A DNA stretch of 52,218 bases from Thermoplasmata archaeon (GTDB taxonomy: Archaea; Thermoplasmatota; Thermoplasmata; RBG-16-68-12; JAJISG01): assembly GCA_046759865.1 (NCBI GenBank), contig JBHIDB010000001.1, positions 1-52,218 on the forward strand, in the 5' to 3' direction. Under the pieces are notes generated by a model, which had not been told where the DNA came from, searched no databases, and was given only the letters and a program-made list of their open reading frames with translations. A program made the position numbers and the translations under genes. The first letter of the stretch is position 1. Every line of letters starts with the position of its first letter. Positions 28,483-36,146 of the stretch are shown piece after piece.

Positions 28483-29337
28483 GTGAAGGTCGTTAGCGGC
28501 TCCGCTTCCGTCTCCTTGGCGAAAGCACTGGCCGAGGCCCTGGGCGCCGATCTCCTGGTCGCCGAGGTGCGCACCTTCGCAGATGGGGAACTCCAGGTAC
28601 GGGTACCCGGACACGGAGCGGGCGAAGACCTCGTCGTGGTCCAGACGACCTATCCCAACGACAAGCTCCTCGAGCTCTTCCTGCTCCAGGACGCCCTCGA
28701 GGGGACCGCACCCGGTCGGGTGACTCTCGTCGTCCCGTACTTCGGGTACGGCCGGCAGGATAAGAGGTTTCGGCCAGGGGAGGCCATCAGTTCTCGCGCC
28801 GTGGCAAAGCGGCTGGAGATTGGGGCGGACGCCCTCCTGACCGTGGACGTCCACAACGAGCGGGTCATGGATTACTTCGACATCCCGGCCCTCGACATCA
28901 CGGGGATGCCCGCCCTCGCCCGGCGTTTTGCCAAGCTAGGGGTGGAGATGGTCCTGGCACCCGACGAGAACGCGGCCCGACACGCAGAGGCGGTGGGGGG
29001 TCTGATGAAGATCCCCTGGGACTCGCTGAAGAAGGAACGCCTGGACAGTTGGACGGTGGAGACGGAGGCGAAGGCACTCGCCGTGGAGGGCCGTCGGGTC
29101 GCCATCGTGGATGACGTAGTCTCGACCGGGGGCACCATGGTCAGTGCCGCGCGAATCGTTCAGGAACAAGGTTCCCGAGGCGTCGTCGCCGGGTGCGTCC
29201 ACGGCCTGTTCGTGGGCGGGGCGAAGGAGCGACTAAAGGTCTTCGATGAAGTCGTGGCTTCAGACACGGTATCGAGCGACTACAGCGCCGTTTCCGTGGC
29301 CCCGGAGGTCGCGCAGGGTCTCAAGCAGCTTGGGTAG
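28483..29337 (+). CDS. prs: Ribose-phosphate pyrophosphokinase
   Basis: FADGELQVRV, YFGYGRQDKRF and VAIVDDVVSTGGTM PRPP-binding loop. GTG start. Confidence 0.9.
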   Translation: MKVVSGSASVSLAKALAEALGADLLVAEVRTFADGELQVRVPGHGAGEDLVVVQTTYPNDKLLELFLLQDALEGTAPGRVTLVVPYFGYGRQDKRFRPGEAISSRAVAKRLEIGADALLTVDVHNERVMDYFDIPALDITGMPALARRFAKLGVEMVLAPDENAARHAEAVGGLMKIPWDSLKKERLDSWTVETEAKALAVEGRRVAIVDDVVSTGGTMVSAARIVQEQGSRGVVAGCVHGLFVGGAKERLKVFDEVVASDTVSSDYSAVSVAPEVAQGLKQLG

Positions 29338-29340
29338 GAT

Positions 29341-29616
29341 CTAGAGCATCACGGCGACCAAGAGGAGGCCGGCAGCGACGACGAGGAGACCTAAGTTCTG
29401 GTAGTCCGTCGTCCGCTTGCTGCCCAGGGCGCCGAAGAGGGCGACGACGAAGGCGAAGAGGGAACCGGTGACGCCGAGGATCGTCCCCACGTCGCGCAGG
29501 CCGCCCTCACCGACCGTCTTAAGGAGGAGCCCTAGCCAGAGCAAGAAGACGCCGATGGCCATGAAGAGGGCAATGGCCCCCTTCCGAATCTCGGGTCGAA
29601 GCTGTTCCTCGGCCAT
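29341..29616 (-). CDS. Small membrane protein (3 predicted TM helices), unknown function
   Basis: MAEEQLRPEIRKGAIALFMAIGVFLLWLGLLL... is strongly hydrophobic. Start set at the ATG downstream of the PhoU-like stop. Confidence 0.5.
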   Translation of the reverse strand: MAEEQLRPEIRKGAIALFMAIGVFLLWLGLLLKTVGEGGLRDVGTILGVTGSLFAFVVALFGALGSKRTTDYQNLGLLVVAAGLLLVAVML

Positions 29617-29663
29617 GCCGAGCCACCACCAAGCTGGGCCATTTAAGCTTTGCCGGAGCCCGG

Positions 29664-30728
29664 CTACACGCCCTCGGCCACGACAGCCTGACACAGAGGA
29701 GTGGATCGTTCCAGGTAGCGATTGAAGGCCACGTTGGAGATGGAATGGGCGTACTCGGCGATGCGCGAGAGGTTGTCCACGATGGTCTTCAAGCCAACGA
29801 GGGTCTCGGGGTCCCGGACCTCGCCAAATACGCGAGTCATGAAGTCCCCCAGGCGCCCCTCCAGTTCGCGACCGCCGTCCACCGTTCGGTTGGCCAGCTT
29901 CAGGTCTCGCGTGACGAGGGCGGCGAGCCCGTCCCCGTAGAGCCCCGCCGCCTCCTTCGCACCGTCCGTTAACGTGCCGAGGATGCGGGGAGGTATTTCG
30001 GCCTCGCCGTCCAAGAGGCGCAGCACGGCCTCCGCCACGGCGGCCGCGCAGTCGGCGACCGTCTCCAGCTCTTTGGCGATGAGGCGGTATCCTGCGTTGT
30101 TCAGCCGGTTCTCCATGCCCAATTGGGTGATGAGGACATCGTCCTGCTGGGCAGACAGGATCAGCCGAACGAGGAGCCAGTAGATCATGTCCGCGTCGTC
30201 CTCCCGGCGGAGGGCATCCTCGGACAGGGTACGGTCCTTGGTCACGAGGGCCTCCATGGCGTCGTTAAGTATCGTCTTCCCGAGGTTGTAGAGCCGCTTG
30301 ATCAGGGAATCGAGCGGGAACTTGGAGGGCTCGATGGAGCATCGCAGAACCGCCCTCCGCCCCGTCTCCTCGAGGATGCCGAGGCCCATGAGGCGACGGA
30401 CCACGTCGCGTAACTCCTCCAGATGCGCACTGCTCAGCCGCGTGGAGGAACGGAGGACGAGACGCTCCCGGCCCAGGACGTAGTTGCCGACGATGACCCG
30501 TGCGAGCATCCCCGGCTCGGAAAGCACGTCGGCGTCGATGACGTAGTCGGGTGCGGGCCGCTCGAGCCTCCGTCGAGCGCCCTCGGGCGCCAAGAGTCGG
30601 AGGGAGTCCCCCTCGCGCTCGAGGAAGACCTGATCCCCCTTCTGCAATTCCTGCGCCTCGGTCCACTCCTTGGGGAGGGAGACAGTCAAAGTGGAAACGC
30701 CAACCTTCTGGATCTTTCGGCTCTCCAT
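29664..30728 (-). CDS. AbrB/SpoVT-domain plus PhoU-repeat regulator (archaeal phosphate-uptake-regulator-like)
   Basis: N-terminal RKIQKVGVSTLTVSLPKEWTEAQELQKGDQV swapped-hairpin motif, followed by two helical PhoU-like repeats. ATG 30728 preferred (probably leaderless); alternative ATG at 30752. Confidence 0.75.
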   Translation of the reverse strand: MESRKIQKVGVSTLTVSLPKEWTEAQELQKGDQVFLEREGDSLRLLAPEGARRRLERPAPDYVIDADVLSEPGMLARVIVGNYVLGRERLVLRSSTRLSSAHLEELRDVVRRLMGLGILEETGRRAVLRCSIEPSKFPLDSLIKRLYNLGKTILNDAMEALVTKDRTLSEDALRREDDADMIYWLLVRLILSAQQDDVLITQLGMENRLNNAGYRLIAKELETVADCAAAVAEAVLRLLDGEAEIPPRILGTLTDGAKEAAGLYGDGLAALVTRDLKLANRTVDGGRELEGRLGDFMTRVFGEVRDPETLVGLKTIVDNLSRIAEYAHSISNVAFNRYLERSTPLCQAVVAEGV

Positions 30729-30752
30729 GGTGACCCCGATGGTATATACCAT

Positions 30753-30766
30753 ATTATTACATAAAT
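30753..30766 (-). promoter_or_regulatory. TATA box/BRE region inside a ~45-nt AT-rich island upstream of the PhoU-like gene
   Basis: Minus strand ATTTATGTAATAAT lies about 25-38 nt upstream of the ATG at 30728. The surrounding 30743-30788 is strongly AT-rich in an otherwise GC-rich window. Confidence 0.55.
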
Positions 30767-30785
30767 TCTATGAATATATTACAAT

Positions 30786-30998
30786 TCACTCGTGGGGCTC
30801 GAGGGGTCCGCCCGGGCGGATCACCCAAACCCTGGCCCTGTCGTGGACCAGGATGGAACCGCAGGCCCGACAGCGGGAGTACCGATTTCTGCTCGTGTCC
30901 TCTCCCAAGAACTCGACCTTCTCGTGGGGACAAGAAGAACCTGCGTCCGCGAATTCGTCTATGAAGCCGCCCCCGAGGCGAATGAGGGAGGGCGACAC
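30786..30998 (-). CDS. Small (70 aa) putative zinc-ribbon protein
   Basis: SCPHEKV...RCRACGS Cys/His pairs. GTG start at 30998. The rest of the 321-aa track ORF is antisense to the gene at 31101-31790. Confidence 0.4.
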   Translation of the reverse strand: MSPSLIRLGGGFIDEFADAGSSCPHEKVEFLGEDTSRNRYSRCRACGSILVHDRARVWVIRPGGPLEPHE

Positions 30999-31100
30999 GG
31001 GGTAAAAACCCCTCAACTTTCCGGCTCTGGGAGGAGCGCCACATCGCCCTTGGCCAGGCCCCGGAAAAGAGTTTAAGTCCCACCCACCTTCCAAAGGTGT

Positions 31101-31790
31101 TTGGCCCGGAAGAAGCGCAAGAAGAAGGAACCGTTCACCTTTAAAGCTCCCGAGTTCGACGAAGTCGGATTCATGAAGCGGGAGGTGGAGGGGGCGAAGG
31201 CCGCCATGCTCACCATCGCCTACGCCTTTGCTGTGGGCCTCGCGTCGTGGGCCCTCACCCTCATCCAGCTCGCCGCCGTCGGCGGCCTTGTTGGTTTCGT
31301 GGCCCTTTACGGGCTCCGATACCTCTACCCACTCGCCGGCATCGACCTCTCCAAGTTCGACTGGAAGCTTTGGGCGGGCAACGGTGCCATCCACCTCTTC
31401 GCCTGGTTCGGGTTCTGGGTCCTCCTCCTCAACCCCCCCTTTATCGACCTTTCGCCCCCGGCCATCCATAACGGCGTGGTCCCAGGGGGGATTCCGATGA
31501 ACGTGGGGCCCGACGGTTCGAGTTCCCTTTCTCTCGGAAACGCCACGAGCTTCCTGGTCCGCGTCAACGTCACGGACAACCAACGACTCGATAGTGTTCG
31601 GATGCGGGTCGTCGTAGGCGAGACCGAGCAGCAGAACGGTCAGATGACCCCGCCGGAGCCGGAGAGCGGAGCGGAGTGGAGCTTCGTCGTGACCCCCGCT
31701 TCCGTGGGGAACACCTACACGCTCATCATCGACGCTAGGGATGGCGCACAACTCACACGGAGCTTCACGTTCATCGTCGTGACTTCGTGA
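31101..31790 (+). CDS. Membrane protein with a C-terminal Ig-like/beta-sandwich domain; unknown function
   Basis: Basic N-terminus MARKKRKKKE, then 3 hydrophobic helices, then a beta-rich tail (SFLVRVNVTDNQRLDSVRMRVVVG...YTLIIDARDG). TTG start preceded by AGGTG. Confidence 0.6.
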   Translation: MARKKRKKKEPFTFKAPEFDEVGFMKREVEGAKAAMLTIAYAFAVGLASWALTLIQLAAVGGLVGFVALYGLRYLYPLAGIDLSKFDWKLWAGNGAIHLFAWFGFWVLLLNPPFIDLSPPAIHNGVVPGGIPMNVGPDGSSSLSLGNATSFLVRVNVTDNQRLDSVRMRVVVGETEQQNGQMTPPEPESGAEWSFVVTPASVGNTYTLIIDARDGAQLTRSFTFIVVTS

Positions 31791-33126
31791 CCCGCCACGG
31801 TAGGCCAGGTCCCAAGAATTCCGTTAGGGGCGTCCGATACCCGGCGCGGGCGATTGCGTCGCCAGCCAGCACCCGGAAGCCGCCCTTGACCGCCCGGTCG
31901 AGGTTCTTCCCGAGGCTCAACGCCCCCATCTGTTTCTCCAAGGCCCTCGATGCCTTCGGTTCCTCCCTCCGCACGTCGACCACGAGTCGGTCCCCTTCGA
32001 TGTAGGGACCCGCCACCCGTTGTGGGGATCCCTCCCACTTTGCCAGGAAAGCTTCGGCGTGGTCGAGCGATGTAGGCGGTCCGAAGTGCTTGCGAACCAA
32101 GGGAAGTTCTCCGGTAACAAGCTCAAGGAGGAGGACCCACTCCTTCTCGAGGAGGAAGGGCTGCGACCGCAAGACGCGGAATTCCTTCTCCCTGAGGAAC
32201 GCACGAACGGCCTGTTCCGTCTTCCGGAGTTGCGGATAGATGACGTCCTCAGGCAGCTCCGGCGCCGCAGCGGTGATTCCGATGAGGGATGTGCCTCGGC
32301 CCCGGAGTTCCTTTCGGAGGGCCGTCTGAGAGAGGGGTCGAACCGGCTCCGGGAAGAAGAAACGTCGGTCGGGCTGCTCCCCGTAACCCTTCGCCGCCAG
32401 GATGAATGTGGCGAGGGCGTGGGCGGAGACGGCAGAGGCGGCGTTCCGATCGGCGTCCACCGGGTCCACGAAAACCAGAGGCTCATCGAGGGGTTTCTGG
32501 CTCTCCCCCTCGAGTTCGAGGCGGATCGGCGGACGCCATCGGGCTGTCTCCTCCAAGACCGGCCGAAACGCGCCGTATCGGAGGACGAGGAGCTCGCACA
32601 GGTAGCCTGAGAATCCCTGCACGCGGGCTTCCGCCCCGTAGGTCCCGATTCCCTTCATGAAACGCTTGAGGAGCCGCACCTGGTCTTTCTGCGGGCCGCT
32701 CATCCGGTCGCGCACGTACACGTAGTGGAAGGGCGTCCGATCGACGGCCGTCATGCGCGCAGAGGGCCGGTCCAGCTCGTAGCAGGGAACCACGTCGGCC
32801 TCGAGGCCCTGAAAGACCCCCCGGGTGTAGGGGTGCTCCGCATAGCGGAGGGTGGGGTTATCGAGGACGCGTCCCAGCCTGAGCCCCCACCGCTCGAGGT
32901 CCTCCCGAGAGGTCTCTGGGGGAAAGGCAAAGAAGGCGTCGATTTCGGGGTGCTTGAGGTAGGTCCCCTTGGCGACCGACCCCACGAGCAACGGCTTCCC
33001 CGGGATTCCCTCCCGCCGAGCCTCGTCGGCCAGGCGGCCCAGTAGAGCTTCCGCGATCCGGAGGGTCTTCTCGACTTCCTCACGGGTGGGTTTGATTTCG
33101 GCCAGGATCTCTTCTTCCAGGCTCAT
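31771..33126 (-). CDS. cca: CCA-adding tRNA nucleotidyltransferase (archaeal class I)
   Basis: LVGSVAKGTYLKHPEIDAFFAFP nucleotidyltransferase motif; 451 aa, typical archaeal CCA enzyme length. Confidence 0.88.
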   Translation of the reverse strand: MSLEEEILAEIKPTREEVEKTLRIAEALLGRLADEARREGIPGKPLLVGSVAKGTYLKHPEIDAFFAFPPETSREDLERWGLRLGRVLDNPTLRYAEHPYTRGVFQGLEADVVPCYELDRPSARMTAVDRTPFHYVYVRDRMSGPQKDQVRLLKRFMKGIGTYGAEARVQGFSGYLCELLVLRYGAFRPVLEETARWRPPIRLELEGESQKPLDEPLVFVDPVDADRNAASAVSAHALATFILAAKGYGEQPDRRFFFPEPVRPLSQTALRKELRGRGTSLIGITAAAPELPEDVIYPQLRKTEQAVRAFLREKEFRVLRSQPFLLEKEWVLLLELVTGELPLVRKHFGPPTSLDHAEAFLAKWEGSPQRVAGPYIEGDRLVVDVRREEPKASRALEKQMGALSLGKNLDRAVKGGFRVLAGDAIARAGYRTPLTEFLGPGLPWRVTKSRR

Positions 33127-33239
33127 CTGGGTTCCCTTCGCGCGCCCTCCTTGGATGAAATTCGAGTTGTGCGGTTCGTGAGAATTGTGTCGCGGAGTAT
33201 ATATGGGGACCTCCCCACCGCGCTGATCGGAGGCGCCAT

Positions 33240-33500
33240 TTGGACGAACAGGCGGCGCAGTATCTCGCGTGTCTCGCCAAGCTACGCGAGGACCCCCTAT
33301 CCCCCGAGGCCCTCATGTCCCTGGCTGCTCTGTACGCGGAGGAAGGCCACAGGAAGCACGCCCTCTGGTATCTGAGAAAGGTCGAGTTCCTCGACCGACA
33401 CCACCCAGGGCTGACGCACCTGAAGGATCGTCTTCACCGCTGGAACGGGCTGAACGGGACGCGTCTCGACCCTTCGAAGACTGGTCGAAAAGACCAGTGA
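33240..33500 (+). CDS. Small TPR-like hypothetical protein
   Basis: 86-aa ORF with a TTG start about 38 nt downstream of a TATATA element. It has a helical TPR-like segment (ALMSLAALYAEEGHRKHALWYLRKVEFLD). Confidence 0.4.
   Translation: MDEQAAQYLACLAKLREDPLSPEALMSLAALYAEEGHRKHALWYLRKVEFLDRHHPGLTHLKDRLHRWNGLNGTRLDPSKTGRKDQ
33480..33498. terminator. Perfect 7-bp hairpin (ACTGGTC GAAAA GACCAGT) between the convergent small ORF and tRNA-Trp
   Basis: Palindrome read directly from the sequence. On the minus strand the loop reads TTTTC, an oligo-T tract downstream of the tRNA-Trp 3' end. Confidence 0.3.
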
Positions 33501-33513
33501 AACCTGAGGGGAG

Positions 33514-33678
33514 TGGGGGCAGAGGGATTTGAACCCCCGTCAGCGGGTTTCGCCTACAGAGACGGACTTTCGTCCATCGGGTCATCGCTCCAGTTATTCA
33601 TCACCGATCAGCAAACCCGTTGCGACTCATTCCCCTTTAACTGGAGCCCGCCAGGATCCCGGGCTACCCCATGCCCCC
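33514..33678 (-). tRNA. tRNA-Trp (anticodon CCA) with a 92-nt intron after position 37; 3' CCA not encoded
   Basis: Hand-folded. Acceptor GGGGGCA/TGCCCCC, D-arm GGGT/TCCT with G18G19, anticodon stem GCGGG/CCCGC, loop CTCCAG|intron|A, T-arm GGGGG-TTCAAAT-CCCTC, discriminator A. Exon 1 is 33678-33641, the intron 33640-33549 and exon 2 33548-33514. Confidence 0.9.
33549..33640 (-). ncRNA. Box C/D guide RNA embedded in the tRNA-Trp intron
   Basis: Perfect box C GUGAUGA (33604-33598) and box D-type CUGA (33611-33608), plus degenerate partners (AAUGAGU; AUGA). One guide is complementary to the anticodon loop (AACUGGAGC vs GCUCCAGUU). The other is complementary to exon 2 (GCAACGGGUUUG vs AAACCCG.UG). 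Confidence 0.75.
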
Positions 33679-33683
33679 ACGGG

Positions 33684-33752
33684 TCAACGTTGCCGCATCC
33701 GCTGCTGGCGCTTGCGGCGGCGCATGCGCTTCTTGCGCCATTTCCAACGCAT
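33684..33752 (-). CDS. rpl41e: 50S ribosomal protein L41e (22 aa)
   Basis: [22 protein letters not shown] closely resembles eukaryotic/archaeal L41 ([23 protein letters not shown]). It lies at the 3' end of a spurious 141-aa track ORF, and its stop is 5 nt upstream of the tRNA-Trp 5' end. Confidence 0.8.
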   Translation of the reverse strand: [22 protein letters not shown]

Positions 33753-33822
33753 CTTCCCGCGCTTCTTCCACGCGCGGGAGCCCCGCTTTATGGCATCACC
33801 AGGCGTCCCTAAGGAGGCAAGT

Positions 33823-33829
33823 ATATAAG
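33823..33829 (-). promoter_or_regulatory. TATA box (TTATATA on the minus strand) upstream of rpl41e/tRNA-Trp
   Basis: It is the only AT-rich heptamer in the region, about 71-77 nt upstream of the rpl41e ATG. Confidence 0.4.
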
Positions 33830-34019
33830 TAGCGAGCCGCCTAGGCCGCGGCATGGCTTGACAGGCCGTCCTCAGCTGCGGGGAAGCCCGCGGTATCCTC
33901 CGGGGACGGTCCCCGGGAGACGAGGCGGTCGCGCCTTTTCGAGACCTCCCAGGAATTCCGAGGACCCGGAGGTTCCGCAGGTTCTTCCCCGTTGAGGCCG
34001 GCAGGGAGGCCTGAACAGA

Positions 34020-35141
34020 ATGGCTCACCTCAAAGTCGTGTCGTTCGACCCCAAACGGGCAACGCGAGAAGAGTGGGCTCGGTTCCACGCATACCGGCGG
34101 AAGCGGCACGCGGAGACCGACCCCGACGACCCCCTCCTAGCGGACGCTACGGTGGAGGCGCACCAGCGAAATCCGGGGACCGCCTGGAAGGAACTGGCCT
34201 TCGCCGTCATCGACGTCGACGGGTCGGACGAATGGGTAGGCTGGCAGACCCTCGAGTTCGCCCGTCCCGACGGCCCCAGCTACGAGGAGAACAAGCACAT
34301 CCTCTGGGTCTGGATTTCCCTCGCGCCCGCTTACCGCAGGCAGGGCATCGGCCGGCGGCTCCTCCGAGAGGCCGCCAACTATGCGCGCGAGCACGGCAAG
34401 TCCCTGGTTGTGTCCTATGCCGAGGAGGCGTCCGGTCGGGCCTTCTGGAAGGCGGTGGGGGCCAAGGATGCCCAGCGAGACCGTCAGAGTCGGTTGGACT
34501 TGGACGAGGTGGATTGGACGATGGTGGAGCAGTGGGCGGCCGAAGGTCCTGTGCGGTCCCCGAGCTCGAGACTCGCCTGGTTCACGAATCGCATCGACGA
34601 AGAAGACATTGAGGAATGGTGCGAGGCGTTCACGGAGGTCTGGAACATGATGCCCCGGGATGACCTGGACATCGGTGACGAGGTATTCAACCCGGAACGG
34701 CGGCGGAAGGCCGAGACGGGTATCGCCGAAGGGGGTGGGACCATCCTCACCGCCGTGACGAAGGAGAAAGATGGCACCATCTCAGGACTCACGGAGCTGG
34801 GCTACTATCCTGAGGAGGATTGGATGATCCATCAATGGATGACCGGGGTGCGGCGTCCTTACAGGGGGCGGGGACTCGGCAAGTGGATCAAGGCCGCCAT
34901 GCTGCTGCGGGTTCGAAAGGAGTTCCCTCAGGTGCGTGTGGTTCGAACGGGCAACGCGTTCTCGAACGCCCCGATGCTCTCAATCAACGAACGCCTCGGC
35001 TTCAAGCTGTATCGGGAGGGAATGGAGGTCCAGATCAGTCTGGAAGATCTCGAGGCGTATCTCACCAAAGATCCCGCGAGGGAGGTGCCTCTCATTGAGA
35101 CGGAGGATGAACTCGCCGAGGTGCATACCGGGATGAGTTAG
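34020..35141 (+). CDS. Tandem-GNAT N-acetyltransferase
   Basis: Two acetyl-CoA-binding motifs: YRRQGIGRRLLREAANYA and YRGRGLGKWIKAAML...NAPMLSINERLGFK. Confidence 0.8.
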   Translation: MAHLKVVSFDPKRATREEWARFHAYRRKRHAETDPDDPLLADATVEAHQRNPGTAWKELAFAVIDVDGSDEWVGWQTLEFARPDGPSYEENKHILWVWISLAPAYRRQGIGRRLLREAANYAREHGKSLVVSYAEEASGRAFWKAVGAKDAQRDRQSRLDLDEVDWTMVEQWAAEGPVRSPSSRLAWFTNRIDEEDIEEWCEAFTEVWNMMPRDDLDIGDEVFNPERRRKAETGIAEGGGTILTAVTKEKDGTISGLTELGYYPEEDWMIHQWMTGVRRPYRGRGLGKWIKAAMLLRVRKEFPQVRVVRTGNAFSNAPMLSINERLGFKLYREGMEVQISLEDLEAYLTKDPAREVPLIETEDELAEVHTGMS

Positions 35142-35411
35142 GATCCATGAGACGGATTGGTTCCGGTGCTATCCGACGAGATGGTGTTCTGGCGGACGAT
35201 AGGACTCATCGCCATGTGCTCCCTAGGCGAAAGGTGCGGCGGATCGGGGGGGCGTTTGTGGTGGCGGTCCAGAAGACCTCGTCGACCTCTACGTGGTCCA
35301 GGAGAGCGACAGGCGGAGGGCCATGCGAGGAGGAACACTAGGGGTCAGTCAGCTATCAGGAGCGATAAAGTCATCGGCAGGCTTTTGCTCGGGGTAGCTG
35401 AAGCCGCGTAG

Positions 35412-36146
35412 ATGCCAGCCGCCATCCCCACGTATGTGAGGGGCCTGGACGATCTGCTGGGCGGAGGGATACCCGAGGGCAATCTCGTTCTGGTGACGGG
35501 AACTCCAGGGGCCATGAAGACCTCCCTGGTCTTCAGCATCCTGTTCAACAACGCACTCCACGACAGGAAGAGCCTCTTCATCTCCCTGGAGCAAGGAGAA
35601 CAGGAGCTCGTCGCCGCCCTGTCCACACTTGGGATGAGCGGGTGGAGCGAAGACCTGCTCTACGTGCTTGACGCCGCTATGCTGAGGGCAGAGCTGGGAG
35701 AGCTTGAGGCCGAGAAGAACTGGTTACGGGCCATCGAAGGAATGATCAAGGAATCGGTCGAGGTTAACCAACGGGAGCTTCTCGCCATAGACTCCCTGGA
35801 TGTCCTTTATGCGGTTGGAGCACTGGCAAATCCCCGTCGGGACCTCTTCCACTTCTTCAGTTTCCTGCGAAAGTTGAAGCTCACCACGTTCCTCGTGTCA
35901 GAACTCACCGTGGGCAGCCGAGGCCTCGCGAAATATGGGGAAGACTTCCTGGCCGACGGAGTGTTGCTCCTGAAGCACCACGACGTCGGGGAGACGGAGG
36001 TTCAGCTCCGCCTTCGGTGCGTGAAGATGAGGAAGACGGCCCATGAAGGGGGATACTACGGCCTGGGCTTCCAGGATGGCAGTTTCTACGTGACCCGGAT
36101 AATCTCGAGAAGACAGCGGCAGCAGACAGAAAACCCGTTAGTCTAA
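35412..36146 (+). CDS. KaiC/RadA-like (RecA-superfamily) ATPase-domain protein with a non-canonical P-loop
   Basis: IPTYVRGLDDLLGGGIPEGNLVLVTGTPGAMKTSLV. Walker B-like LLAIDSLD. The P-loop reads GTPGAMKT instead of GxxGxGK[ST]. Confidence 0.75.
   Translation: MPAAIPTYVRGLDDLLGGGIPEGNLVLVTGTPGAMKTSLVFSILFNNALHDRKSLFISLEQGEQELVAALSTLGMSGWSEDLLYVLDAAMLRAELGELEAEKNWLRAIEGMIKESVEVNQRELLAIDSLDVLYAVGALANPRRDLFHFFSFLRKLKLTTFLVSELTVGSRGLAKYGEDFLADGVLLLKHHDVGETEVQLRLRCVKMRKTAHEGGYYGLGFQDGSFYVTRIISRRQRQQTENPLV

Noticed and set aside
30999-31751. Remainder of the 321-aa minus-strand ORF 30786-31751
   Set aside because: It is antisense to the membrane-protein gene 31101-31790 and has Gly/Pro/Asp/Glu low-complexity composition. 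Only the C-terminal zinc-ribbon-like 70 codons were retained, at low confidence.
33513-34109. Track ORFs 33513-33812, 33529-33828 (+) and 33684-34109 (-, 141 aa)
   Set aside because: They overlap tRNA-Trp and its intron. Only the last 22 codons of the minus ORF (L41e) are credible; the rest is Arg/Pro/Ser-rich with no start context.
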